A stretch of 64,000 nucleotides of DNA from Octopus vulgaris (lineage: Eukaryota): NCBI GenBank assembly GCA_951406725.2, contig OX597838.1, positions 12,400,001-12,464,000 of the forward strand. The letters run 5' to 3'. This document shows, in pieces, positions 40,336 through 54,506 of this stretch. The stretch's first letter is position 1; every line of letters begins with the position of its first letter. A model generated the notes under the pieces. That model searched no databases. It was not told where the DNA came from and was given only the letters and a program-made list of their open reading frames with translations. The translations under genes were made by a program, and so were the position numbers.

Positions 40336-40579
40336 TGTGTGTGTGTTTGTATGAGTGTATGTGTGTGTGAGTGCACACATGCATGCGTGCCTGTGTGTGC
40401 ATGTGCGTTGTGTTGCTCGACTTGAGTAGAACTACCAGTGAATATTTCTAGCATCATTTTGATTATAGTCTACTCTGCCTTCCATACTGTAATACACATC
40501 TAGGTAGACAGCCACACAGACAAACAGACAGACAGACAGCTAGATAGATCGGGCGATCCACAGATAGATAGATAGATAT

Positions 40580-40678
<99 letters not shown>

Positions 40679-40681
40679 CGC

Positions 40682-40716
<35 letters not shown>

Positions 40717-41675
40717 AGGACGGACGGACGGATGGACCGATGGATGGCTAGACGGACTGATGGGTGGGTGGATGGATGGATGGATAGACAGACAGAAAAA
40801 TAGAGAGCTAAACAGGCAGACAGACAGACAGACAAGCAGATAGATTCATAGACAAACAAACAGTCAGCCTGTCCCATCACATAAAGGCCGAGTTAATATT
40901 CGTCTTTTTAACACTTCATGAAACTGAATCTGTTTTTTCGAGAATTCCAAAGTAGTTTCCCCGAGTAAGTTCGCTTAAAAAAATAGCAGAAAAAAAAGAA
41001 AGTATCTTGCTTTCACTATTATCATAGCGACCTCGTAATAAACCACGTAGCGTTCGTCTTTCTTTGAAAGAAGGAGTGTTAGAAGAAGAAGAAGAAGAAG
41101 AAAAAAAAACGGTTTTGAGAGACTCAAAGAAGTCTTAAGCGCTTAAAAAAGTATGCGAGATAAATAGAAGAGCCAAGAAAGTAAGGAATTGTCTAAATAA
41201 ATAAATTAATATGTAAATAGAACGTCGGATATCAATTAGGAAGAGAAGCATATTTGGGTAAGAAGACGATAATGGTACATCATTTCAGCGTAGATATGTG
41301 AACACGAGATACGCCCACGCATGCGCCGAGCAACACGATATGAATAAAAGATAAAACACACACACTCAACGCATGCACATGCGTATATAATCATAACTAT
41401 ATAAAGATATACACACACACACGCACGCACACGTATGTATGTATATTTGTATGTGTGCGTCTATGTATGTATGTAAATATTTGCGAATATATATATAAAA
41501 TATATTGAATTAGCACTTAAGCTCTATAAATTTTATATCCGCCTAATTGGTGTCTCTCATTCATTTAATTAATTACGAGATGATTATAGGGTTAATGACA
41601 CTTGTACTTACGGCGAAGAAACATCTGTAGAACATAATTATGAAATTTTCAAACATCATTCTAATCTTTTCCAAT

Positions 41676-41711
<36 letters not shown>

Positions 41712-42260
41712 TTTTATTCTTTTATTTGTTTCAGTCATTTGTCTGCGACCTTGCGTGAGTACCACCTTTAGTCGAACTATTCGACCTCAGGACTTATTCT
41801 TTGTAAGCCTACTACTTATTCTATCAGTCTCTTCTGCCGAGCCGCTATACAGTTAAGTCTTCCGCCTGTTTTTTTTTCCTGACGGCTTCAGTGTTGTTGT
41901 CGAACGTACTTGGGTTTGTGTTAGGAGACTTTTCATAGATTTGAGTTGTCTTTTGCTCTTTATGATGGTGTGGATTCAGATGACTTCCAGTCCTCCAGGC
42001 CAGCTAACTTTTTCTCAACTACAACTTTAATCTCTGTCTTCTCCAAAGCTGTTAAATGTTCAAATACAGCAAGCTGTTCTTGAAACAAAAATGACATAAT
42101 AATGGTCAAATTTATCCCGAACACATGATCTAGTGGTTTGGGTGTTATACACATGATCCAAAGGTCACGGTTTCGATTCCCGGATTAGGTGGTGTATTGT
42201 GTTCTTATGCAAATCACATTACTTTATGTTGCTCTGCCATCACTTTTGACATCTGGTGTG

Positions 42261-42710
42261 GGATCTTTTCGGTTTGAACGGCAGTTTTTTTCTAGCGACG
42301 TCATATGAAATTGTCACCCATAATTATGACCCTCGTATCGATCTATTGAATTTCAATCTATTTTAGGGTTAGGGTTAGTTAGGTTTAGTTAGGGTTAGGG
42401 TTAGGGGTGGGGGGAAGGGTATCTTTTTTTCTTCACAAATGTAAATAGACCCAATCTGTTTCTTAAACGAGGGACATATTCATACGGCACAGAATGTTTT
42501 TTTTTTACCTCAATAGACGTCAGTGATTGGTTGAAATTGCAGAAATTGAAGAAAAAAAAACAACAAATATCTTACAAACTATAGAATTCTCTCAATAAAG
42601 CCAAGAGAAAAAGATGTTTTATAAACACATTCTACCAGTATACGAAGTTTAAAGTTTTTTTAGTTACCTAGAAATTATATTAAAAACTGCCGTTCAAACC
42701 GAAAAGATCC
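42261..42710. mobile_element. 450-bp MITE with perfect 29-bp TIRs and 9-bp TSD (Mutator- or Merlin-like), internal TTAGGG repeats
   Basis: TIR GGATCTTTTCGGTTTGAACGGCAGTTTTT / AAAAACTGCCGTTCAAACCGAAAAGATCC; TSD TCTGGTGTG at 42252-42260 and 42711-42719. Confidence 0.92.
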
Positions 42711-43091
42711 TCTGGTGTGTGATACGCCGTACACTTGTAAGTGAGTAGACGTACAACATACATTTGATCACTACGAACAAACCCTTTACGCGGTTTCTTG
42801 AGCAAGAATTTGTAGAACCAACTTTCTCAGTCGTGAGAAACTACCGACAATGTATGTTAATATTCAGTTCTATTTCAAGATTTCTTGACAATAGACAAAG
42901 AGCCGGTTTCGAACCCACATCCAAGGTTCCTTCATTGGAATTTCAACATCAACCGGGCATTTTTGCATATATGTGTGTATATTACGTGCAGTATTAGGGG
43001 TTTAGTGCATATGTAGATTTGTATGTTTTGTTTTATGTATGTATACTCATGCATACAGCTGCATGTCTTGACATGCACCTATATACTCAAA

Positions 43092-43322
43092 GGCGGCGAG
43101 CTGGCAGAAGCGTTAGCGCGCTGGGCGAAATGCTTAGCGGTATTTCGTCTGCCGTTACGTTCTGAGTTCAAATTCCGCCGAGGTCGACTTTGCCTTTCAT
43201 CCTTTCGGGGTCGATAAATTAAGTACCAGTTACGCACTAGGGTTGATGTAATCAACTTAATCCCTTTGTCTGTCCTTGTTTGTCCCCTCTATGTTTAGCC
43301 CCTTGTGGGCAGTAAAGAAATA
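43092..43322 (+). mobile_element. SINE family A, full length
   Basis: Family homology. Confidence 0.88.
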
Positions 43323-43329
43323 TATATAC

Positions 43330-43725
43330 TCAAATGCTAGACTTCTGGAAAGTTTTACAAATTTTTCCAGTTTTTACAGATTCATTGACGGATTGGAACT
43401 GTAGTCCTTGAATTAGTTTTCTCCTTTCTGGTTTTGAGGAGCCTATTTGTTTAAGCTTGGTACTTAGGCAGTGTGTTACTTACCCTAGCGCTCCAACAAT
43501 TACAAGTACAAACCTGAACTTCTAATCCGTGTAGAGTAATTATAAGTTTCTCCATAGTTCAGCGTAGATGTTTTCTTTTTCACTGATCTTTAGCTCTATG
43601 TTAACATCCGCTGAGCGGCTGATTTCCACTGCTATACACACAAATCATTATGTCAGATATATCATGTTTACAATTTACAAAGGTTTTCACTGAGAATTCC
43701 ACCAGTACACTCTCATATCGTGAGT
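43330..43725 (-). mobile_element. Degenerate RLE-type (R4/NeSL-like) retrotransposon C-terminus
   Basis: EISRSADVNIELKISEKENIYAELWRNL*LLYTD*KFRFVLVIVGALG..RRKLIQGLQFQSV. Confidence 0.65.
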
Positions 43726-43914
43726 GGCTATGGCCATACTGTGGATCTTTATCTCTTTGGCCTCGGGATTATCATATCTATGTAAGTATATATATTGACC
43801 TGCTCGCTTAGCCAGCGGCGTGGCGTCATTTGAAGGCTAAAACAATGCGAAGCGCATTGTGACCAGCGATGTGTAGCAACACCTGATAGCCTGGTCGGTC
43901 ACGTGATCACGTGA

Positions 43915-44001
<87 letters not shown>

Positions 44002-44580
44002 TAGAAGAAATGAGGTACTCAGAAATCTGGATGGTTTTGTATTTACAGATATTCATTAGTATGTTACATGTTTTTATAAATCATATGTCATATATCATAT
44101 ATTAGCGCTTTCGTCCACTCTAGTGAAGTCTTCGTATATGTTTAAGTATGTGTGCATGTGCATGTGTGTGCGCACGCGCACGTGTAGCGGATGAACAAGC
44201 AAAAAGAGAGAAATAAAAAAAAAACAAGATCAGTTCACGGTCAAAATTATTATAGTTTGACGCTCAAAGAAATGCAAAGACTGAATCACGGCGTTTCGGA
44301 TATGGTCTTTCTTCAAAATAGTGTGTAGTATGAAAAAAAGATCACTAACAGACGACGGGAAAAATTGAAAAAGAATAAATGAAGCAACCGACTCGAAAAT
44401 ATCTACATGGAGCTTGTCAGCATGATATTCGTTAGATGACCGGAAGTATGCATATATACGTCACATGTGTGAGAGCATGCGCGTGCATCATATGTAGATA
44501 GATAGATGGATATTCATAGACATATAAATGGGCAGAGAGGAGAGAGGTATGAATGTGTGAATACATCCATGCACACGCTT

Positions 44581-44633
<53 letters not shown>

Positions 44634-45289
44634 CACATGTGCACACACACACACACACAGATATGTGTGTGTCCGTGCTCGCGGTCTTATGTGTGTGTGT
44701 GTAGACAGACTGGGACGTATAGACACACAGCAGGGTGCATAAACAATTAACTTTTATTTCGCAAAAAAAAAATATACACACATCTCTGTATATATATATG
44801 TGAGCGTAGATGCGTGCATAGACGTGCATATATGTTCGTCTCTATGCGTGTGTATATATACGTGTGTGTATATATACGAGTGTGTATATGCAATATTAAG
44901 TAGATTCTCTGCACATCCAGCTGAGATGACAGGCAGTTAACATCTGAGAAACAAGATAGAGTGGGAAAGTAAATAACTAGTAATTTTATCGGGTTTTTTT
45001 TTTTTTTTTGGTTTGATATTTTTGTGGGGGTATGTGGGGGGGGGGGCTTTCCTTATCACGACTACTACCACTACTACTGCTTGCACTACTACCACGACTA
45101 CCACAATCGCTACTTCCGCCGCTACCACTACCACCATTACGACTGCTACCACCACCACCATTACTGTCATTAGCGCCGCCACAACTATTAATTGCACCGC
45201 TACACATACCACTACAAACACTACTATTACTATTTGTACCGCCACCACCACCACCACCACCACCACTTCCGACGCCATGACCACCACTA

Positions 45290-46480
45290 ACCACAACCGC
45301 CATTACTACTACTATTACCACTACTATCGCCCCTGCCACTACTGCTACCACTTATACTACCACCACCACCACCATCACTACAGTCATCTCACCACAATCA
45401 CTACTACTGCCACTACCCCCCCCCCTGCCGCCAAAAACACTACTACAACCACAACCGCCACCGCTACCACTACCACGACCAATACACCTACTGTTGCTAC
45501 CACTACTATTACCACTACTATCGCCCCTGCCACTACTGCTACCACTTATACTACCACCACCACCACCATCACTACAGTCATCTCACCACAATCACTACTA
45601 CTGCCACTACGCCCCCCCCTGCCGCCAAAAACACTACTACAACCACAACCGCCACCGCTACCACTACCACGACCAATACACCTACTGTTGCTACCACTAC
45701 TATTACCACTACTATCGCCCCTGCCACTACTGCTACCACTTATACTACCACCACCACCACCATCACTACAGCCATCTCACCACAATCACTACTACTGCCA
45801 CTACGCCCCCCCCTGCCGCCAAAAACACTACTACAACCACAACCGCCACCGCTACCACTACCACGACCAATACACCTACTGTTGCTACCACTACTATTAC
45901 CACTACTATCGCCCCTGCCACTACTGCTACCACTTATACTACCACCACCACCACCATCACTACAGCCATCTCACCACAATCACTACTACTGCCACTACGC
46001 CCCCCCCCTGCCGCCAAAAACACTACTACAACCACAACCGCCACCGCTACCACTACCACGACCAATACACCTACTGTTGCTACCACTACTATTACCACTA
46101 CTATCGCCCCTGCCACTGCTGTTACCACTTATACTACCACCACCACCACCATCACTACAGCCATCTCACCACAATCACTACTACTGCCACTACCCCCTCC
46201 CCCCGCCAAAAACACTACTACAACCACAACCGCCACCGCTACCACTACCACGAACAATACACCTACTGTTGCTACCACTACTATTACCACTACTATCGCC
46301 CCTGCCACTGCTGTTACCACTTATACTACCACCACCACCACCATCACTACAGCCATCTCACCACAATCACTACTACTGCCACTACCCCTCCCCCTGCCGC
46401 CAAAAACACTACTACAACCACAACCGCCACCGCTACCACTACCACGACCAATACACCTACTGTTGCTACCACTACTTACA
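45290..46480. repeat. Minisatellite, ~6 copies of a ~194-bp ACT/ACC-derived unit
   Basis: CCGCCAAAAACACTACTACAACCACAACCGCC recurs at ~45428, 45622, 45816, 46011, 46203 and 46397. Confidence 0.9.
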
Positions 46481-46747
46481 TCACTACCACCACTACAGCT
46501 TGTACTAGCACAACAACAACTACAACTACTACTACTTAAACTACTACTACTACTGCTACTGCAACATTACCAAAACTACTATTACTACTACTACTTATAT
46601 TTCTACTATCATGTATATCTCTACTTGTACTACTACTACTACTACTACTACTATCACTACTACTACCACCACTACCACCACTGCTGCTGCTCCTCTTTCT
46701 ATCACTCTTGCTGCTACTACCACTCACGCCACAACTACTACCGCTGT

Positions 46748-46821
<74 letters not shown>

Positions 46822-46823
46822 TA

Positions 46824-46864
<41 letters not shown>

Positions 46865-47335
46865 AAATCACAATGCTATAGTCTTGTAAAGAAATGAACA
46901 TTAATAAAAGGAGAGAGGGCCATCACTGGAACGGCCTTCTAACAACTGTCCAATCAGGGAAGTGACTCAAACAACAACGCCACTTACCACTACTGCTGCT
47001 ACTACTACCACAACCATTGCCGCTGTTACTACTACTGATACTACTACTACTACTACTACTACTAGTTACATTACAATTACTACAACCACAACTAGTGACA
47101 TTACTACTACTACTACGACCACCACTGCTACTTCTGCTGCTGCTACCGCTCTTTCTGCTACTACTACACCGCCACCACCACTACGGCTGCTACTGCTACC
47201 ACTACTGGTGACGGTAGTGATACCAATAGCACCACTACTAGTACTAGTTACAACTAACGGCATCACTACTACTACTACTACTACTACCACTACCACACCA
47301 CTACTACTACTACTTCTACTACTACTACTACTATC

Positions 47336-47372
<37 letters not shown>

Positions 47373-47479
47373 TTACTACTACTACTACTACTACTATTAC
47401 TATCACCACCACCAATACCACTACTACCACTACCACTACTACCACTACCACTACTACTTCTACTACTACTACTACTATC

Positions 47480-47519
<40 letters not shown>

Positions 47520-48213
47520 TTACTACTACTTCTACTACTACTACTACTATCACCACCACCAATACCACTACTACCACTACCACTACTACTACTACCACTA
47601 CTACTACTACTACTACTACAACTACTACTACTACTACTGCTACCAATCCTTCGAACGAAGAGGAAACTTTAGTCGGGTGGGATGTCATACGACCTGCAAA
47701 GATAGCAGCCAAAATTTCTGAAACTTCGCATTTAGTCTTTGAAAAAACGAAGAATTCGTTGAGTACTGGATTGAAAACTAAGAGGGATGATCGCGGTCGG
47801 AATTACTTTGATCATGTATCTGCTGGTTCAAGCCTAACATGAGGCTAAGTGATTTCAAATTTTGGCACAAGGCCAGCAATTTCAGGAGGGGGGGGGCTAA
47901 GTCGATTATAACGACGCCCATTAACGTCACTTTGAACATCATTATCATCATCATCGTCGTCATCGTCGTAATCGTCGTTATCATCGTCGTCGTCATAATC
48001 GCCATCTTCCTCATCATTATCATCATCGTCGTCGTCGTCACGGTCACCACCACCACCACCACTAACCATCGCTTTCAATATAAGTACTGTTCGTAAAATA
48101 CCGATGTCGTTAGTTTTATAATTGCTCTTTGTTAATTGTTAATGTGTGTTGAACAATCAATTTGAATATATATGTATACACACGTATATGTACATATATA
48201 CGTGTGTGTGTGC

Positions 48214-48258
<45 letters not shown>

Positions 48259-48673
48259 TACGTGTGTATGTGTGTGTGTGTATGTTCGTACTTTATGTAT
48301 TTTTGTGAGTGCGTGTTCATATGTATATCTTCTTGGTAAATCCCTCTCGTCCGAGCAAGAGGGTTCCGCAATCTCTTGTTGAACAACCTGCTCAAATGAA
48401 TCGTTTCAAGGGATCAAATCTTTGCGCTGTCCATTAGCTGACTCCCCACCTCCATCAAATCGACGTTGCTTGATACAGGTGGTGGTCGTGTGTGCAACGG
48501 CGTCAGATGTCAAAGGAAACACAGACCAACGTCAGATAAAGTGTTTTGCTCGAGAACACAACGCCTCACTCGGTCCAGGAACTGAAACCACGTTTTTACA
48601 ACCGTGAGTTCAACATCCTGCCTACAAGGCAATGCACTTCACACGTACATATATGTGTGAGTGCCTATACACA

Positions 48674-49030
48674 CGGCGAGCTGGCAGAAGCGTTAGCGCA
48701 CCGGGCGAAATGCGTAGCCGTATTTCGTCTCCCGCTACGAAATTCCGCCGAGGTGGACTTTGCCTTTCATCCTTTCGGGGTCGATTAAATATGTACCAGT
48801 TACGCACTGGGGTCGATATAATCGACTTAATCTGTTTGTATGTCCTTGTTTGTCCTCTCTGTGTTTAGCCCCTTGTAGGTAGTAAAGAAATAAGTATTTC
48901 GTCTGTCGTTACTTTCTGAGTTCAAATTCCGCCGAGGTCGACTTTGCCTTTCATCCTTGTAATCGACTTAATCCCTTTGTCTGTCCTTGTTTGTCCCCTC
49001 TATGTTTAGCTCCTTGTGGGCAGTAAAAAT
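48674..49030 (+). mobile_element. SINE family A with tandem body duplication
   Basis: Junction AAAGAAATAAGTATTTCGTCTG at ~48893. Confidence 0.82.
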
Positions 49031-49142
49031 ATATATATATGTGTGTGCCTATATATATATGGCACCTGTACAGGTTGTTACATTTAGGTGTATATCTTCA
49101 AAGATCACTACTCTGCAAAAAAATGTGTGTAGTGGCTAACGA

Positions 49143-49230
<88 letters not shown>

Positions 49231-49234
<4 letters not shown>

Positions 49235-49420
49235 ACGAAGATAGACAAAAGACGAAGACAGGTGGTGCACAAAATAAACAGATGTATTCGTATAACGCTC
49301 AGGAATAGAAAAAGTCTTTTACGTTTCGAGCCTATGCTCTTCTACAGAAAGGGACACAGGAAAAAACAAGGAGAGAAACAAGGAGAGAAAAAAATGTGTG
49401 TAGTGGCTAACGATCTATCA
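49231..49420 (-). mobile_element. Family H1 element with hammerhead-like motif (49316-49351, core CUGUAGA)
   Basis: Minus strand CUUU-CUGUAGA-A-GAGC auag GCUC-GAAAC-GUA-AAAG; lies between (GA)n and (GATA)n. Confidence 0.65.
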
Positions 49421-49431
49421 TGTAGATAGAT

Positions 49432-49510
<79 letters not shown>

Positions 49511-49952
49511 CGTGCATATCATTTTTACAGCCATCGCATTTCCTTTCTACTTAGGCTTCAATGAAACACAATACTAGACGTTTTAATGCAATATCCATAC
49601 GTTTTCTCTCTCTCTCTTTCGTTTCTTCCATGTTTTCCTCTCCCCCACTCACTCTCTTTCTATCTCTTTCTCTATCACTCCCACTTTCCCTCTCTCCCTC
49701 TCTCGCTCTTTCTGACTATCTATTTCTCTCTCCCATTATCTCTTCATACACCCCAAGTTTATTATCAGCATCGTCACTATCATCATCATCATCATCAACA
49801 CCATCAGCAGCAGTAGTATTATTAACATAATTGATATCACCATACACATATATTTATATATTTCTACATAAATATATGCATGTATACTTACACACGCAGA
49901 CACGTACGTGTGTTCATATACATACATATATATATACACACATGTATATATA

Positions 49953-49990
<38 letters not shown>

Positions 49991-50005
49991 TGTACATATA
50001 CCTAT

Positions 50006-50045
<40 letters not shown>

Positions 50046-50460
50046 CAGTATGTACACATACCTATATACACACACACATATAGACAAACACATATACATA
50101 TGCAAACGTGTGTGAGTATAGATATATATATCTACGCATGTATTTATGTGTGTATAAGTATATCCACATATACACACATATTTATATATATATATACATA
50201 TACATAAATGTATATATGTATGCAGTTTATACATACATATATATGTGTGTTTGTGCGTGTGTACACACATATATACATGTATATATGTGTGTATGTATGT
50301 ATATCATTATATGTTTTTCTAAGATTGTTATCCTGAGTAATAAATGTTTGTGCAGATAATTTGCATCTGTGTGTTTGTGTGTGTGTGAGTGTGTGTGTGT
50401 GTGTGTGAGTGTGTGTGAGTGAGTGCGTGTGTGTGTGTGTGTGTGTGTGAGTGTGTGTGA

Positions 50461-50589
<129 letters not shown>

Positions 50590-50640
50590 TGAGTGTGTGT
50601 GTGTGTGTGTGTATGTGAGTGAGTGCGTGTGTGTATGTGT

Positions 50641-50696
<56 letters not shown>

Positions 50697-50868
50697 ACGT
50701 ATGTGTATGTATGTGTGTACTTTATTTGTTTGAGATTAAAGTTCTCTTCCGTCTCCCAGTCTAAAAAAAAACATTAAAAATTTACATCAAATTTTCTGAT
50801 TGTTTTTGCTTCTTAAATATTCAAGTTCCAATTTACGTTCTCCTCCTTTCTCTCTTTCTTTCACTTTT

Positions 50869-50906
<38 letters not shown>

Positions 50907-50957
50907 GAAGAAGAAGAAGAAGAAGGAGGAGGAGGAGGAGGAGGAGAAGAAGAAGAA

Positions 50958-51003
<46 letters not shown>

Positions 51004-51596
51004 GAAGGAGGAGGAGAAGAAGAAGAAGAAGGAGGAGGAGGGAGAGGATAAGAAGAAGGAAGAAGAAGAAGAAGAAGAAGAAGAAGAAGAAGGAGAAGAA
51101 GGAGAAGAGGAGGAGGAGGAGAAGGAAGAAGAAGAAGAAGAAGAAGGAGGAGAAGAAGGAGAGGAAGGAGGAGGAGGAGGAGGAGAAGAAGAAGAAGAAG
51201 AAGAAGAAGAAGAAGCAGAAGAAGAAGAATAAGCAGAAGAAGAAGAAGAAGAAGAAAAAAGAAGAAGACATTCCTTGTTTATTTTTGTCTTGGCACAAAA
51301 GTTCTTTCGACTCTTAAACAAAGACACGGAGAGATACGCGAGACGGCATTTTTACCTCCTCCTCCTCCTCTTCTTCTATCCATCATTTTTTTTTTCATTT
51401 TCAAAAAGCATTACTGATGACGTAATAAAGAAATATTAGATCCGGTTACATACAAGAAATAAAACCGGAAGACGATTTCATCCCAACGGAAGCTTTTTTT
51501 TTTGTTTTTGTGTTTCATTCTCTAGATAGTCGCAGGTATGGCCATATGGTTAAGAAGCTCACTTTGAAACCACATAGTTTCAGTTCCATAGCTTAA

Positions 51597-51963
51597 AGCA
51601 CTCCGTCGGTTACGACGACGAGGGTTCCGGTTGATCCGAATCAACGGAACAGCCTGCTCGTGAAATTAACGTGTAAGTGGCTGAGCACTCCACAGACACG
51701 TGCACCCTTAACGTAGTTCTCGGGGATATTCAGCGTGACATAGAGAGTGACTAGGCCGGTCCTTTGAAATACAGGTACAACAGAAACAGGAAGTAAGAGT
51801 GAGAGAGAGTTGTGGTGAAAGAGTACAGCAGGGATCACCACCATCCCCTGCCGGAGCCGCGTGGAGTTTTTTAGGTGTTTTCGCTCAATAAACACTCACA
51901 ACGCCCGGTCTGGGAATCGAAACCGCGAGTCCGCTGCCCTAACCACTGGGCCATTGCGCCTCC
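51597..51963 (-). mobile_element. SINE family C nested in a decayed family-B-like SINE (51531-52060); TSD GTTCCATA
   Basis: GTTCCATA on both sides; the host SINE continues after the insertion. Confidence 0.85.
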
Positions 51964-52163
51964 GGTTCCATACCATGGCTCTTGAGGCAAGTGTCTCCTG
52001 TTATAGCCCCGGGGCGACCAACGGTTTGTGATAATTGACAGCCTGTGGGTTGAAAAACAAAATCCGTCAAAGTGCAGAGAAAACGTGAGAGTCAACGGCC
52101 ATCAGAATGTGCGTATGTATGTACACACACATGCACACACACACACACACACACACATACACA

Positions 52164-52249
<86 letters not shown>

Positions 52250-52419
52250 GGGGTTACGCTTCGACAAGTAGAATAGCACTCGATCAGCTAAGACAGTACA
52301 AATAGAGTTATGATAAAAATAGCAAGTCTTGTTAAATGCAGCTACCCAGGGTTTTCCTGCTTGAGAATTTCGTCAGGTGCAAGCATCCCAATGCTTGCTC
52401 CTGTCAAGAATTCACTACC

Positions 52420-52700
52420 TTACCTTTGGATGTAAAAATCCTGTAAAATTCTTCTAAACATAAGTCACATCTATTGGTTCCAGGTCTGTATGGTTTTGCA
52501 GTACAAATTAGCTCCCGTTTAATCGTATAGTCCTTGTTACTGTCCTTAAAAGACCAAATTAAACTTGCTAAAACCCGATTAGAACCTTTTATGTTTTCCT
52601 TTAAATGAACTCAAATGATTTTCCAGTCTTCTCTTGAAAATTTATGATGTCCCATGTAAAAGAATTTCTTAACCTAAGATGTATATATTATATTTTTAGT
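52420..52700 (-). mobile_element. Penelope-like element GIY-YIG endonuclease remnant
   Basis: ..FKRRLENHLSSFK.. / LASLIWSFKDSNKDYTIKRELICTAKPYRPGTNRCDLCLEEFYRIF, the PLE GIY-YIG C-terminal CxLC signature. Frameshifted. Confidence 0.75.
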
Positions 52701-52718
52701 TTTACACTTATATATACA

Positions 52719-53100
52719 CTAGATAGTGTACCCAGTAATTCCCGGGGGTAAAGATGTTCTATTGAAACGCCTTATTACTCTAATATAAGAGTATATAAAT
52801 TTCGTTATAACTGCCACAAAATGTGTAGTTTCCGTCACGAAAAAGTACCAAAAAAACTGTCAGCTGGAGGAGGGAGATATAGTTGGAGGTTGGTGAGAGA
52901 GGTTTTCGGTGGTTGGCGAGAAAGATTTCGGAGGTTGGTGAAAGAGGTTGTCGGAGGTTGGCGAGAGACAAAGACATTATTCTGCTTAGTGAAGGCATCT
53001 GGAAAATGTATAACTGCCATCATTCACAGAAAAACTATTCTTTTACCGTGAGAACAGCGCTGTTGAAGTGTTAAGTGAAATCTGGCAATCGACGATCGAA
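52719..53100 (-). mobile_element. Helitron-like 3' terminus (hairpin + CTAG|T) with internal ~21-bp tandem repeats
   Basis: Minus strand GCGTTTCAATAGAACATCTTTACCCCCGGGAATTACTGGGTACACTATCTAG|T; the same end occurs at 1976-2028 (+). The 5' extent is uncertain. Confidence 0.55.
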
Positions 53101-53598
53101 TCCACGCTATACCTGCAAAAACCCACCACAAATACGTTGTGGGATAAAAAAAATTATCTACTGTCATGGAAAACGTGTAACTGTAAAAAATGCAGAATTA
53201 TCGGAGTAATGGGCATTCAAAAAAATATGCATGTATAGAAATGTATGAATGAAGTCTTTAATGTTTAAGATTCAAATTAAGGAAATGTAATAATAATGTT
53301 TAGCAGTTCAAAACTGAGTTGTGAACTAAATTTGCATATGCTTCAGAGAAAAACCTTAATCGAATACAGTGTGTAATAAAAGACTATGTAAGGGACGAGA
53401 GCCCAAGAAATTATGTAATGAACCTCTTTAGTTTAAAATTGTTTCTGCTATAAGTTGCAATGCACTCAATTCGAGTGCTTGTGTACCACCTTATAAGAGA
53501 AACAGTTGTAAGCCAATGGAGCTCATGTTCCCTTGTCATTTATATAATCCCTCACATATATCTATGTGTTTGTGTAACGGTGTGTGCGTGTGTGTGTA

Positions 53599-53687
<89 letters not shown>

Positions 53688-53688
<1 letters not shown>

Positions 53689-53915
53689 TCTTTAATACCC
53701 ACAACGGGCTAAACATAGAGGAGACAAACAAGGACAGACAAAGGGATTAAGTCGATTACATCGGCCCCAGTGCGCAACTGGTACTTAATTTATCGACCCC
53801 TAAAGGATGAAAGGCAAAGTCGACCTCGGCGGAATTTGAACTCGGAACGTGACGACAGACGAAATACTGCTACGAATTTCGCTCGGCGTGCTAACGTTTC
53901 TGCCAGCTCGCCGCC
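53688..53915 (-). mobile_element. SINE family A
   Basis: Reverse complement of the family A consensus. Confidence 0.85.
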
Positions 53916-53964
<49 letters not shown>

Positions 53965-54283
53965 AAACAACGTATGTATAGATGTATGTATATTTCAGTG
54001 TATGTATAGGCTGACTTGTCTGTATGTTACCCGTTATCAATTATTTTTACATTGATGTATATCACTCAGAGATATGAAAATTTCCTATCTCTTGGAGTTC
54101 TTTGCTAATTTTAGTACACTTAATCTTACATTCTGGTTGCATCTATGGAATATCTATCAACTTCCATATAATATACGATGGTGTGTCGGTTGGTGTGGTG
54201 TATGTGTTTGCACATATACAACAACAACTATAACATTCGTGATTTATGGTTATTATATAAATGTGTGCGTGTGTATACATATA

Positions 54284-54330
<47 letters not shown>

Positions 54331-54349
54331 TACATATATATATATATAC

Positions 54350-54386
<37 letters not shown>

Positions 54387-54393
54387 TATATAC

Positions 54394-54506
<113 letters not shown>

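Noticed and set aside
41960-42085. Possible minus-strand exon EQLAVFEHLTALEKTEIKVVVEKKLAGLEDWK
   Set aside because: Weak acceptor, early stop and no recognisable homology; I cannot support it.
42362-42414. True telomere or chromosome fusion site
   Set aside because: The tract is short, degenerate and internal to a MITE.
45013-46897. Mucin-like 508/467-aa ORFs
   Set aside because: The unit length is mostly not a multiple of 3, so the Thr-rich frame shifts every unit; there is no signal peptide or exon context.
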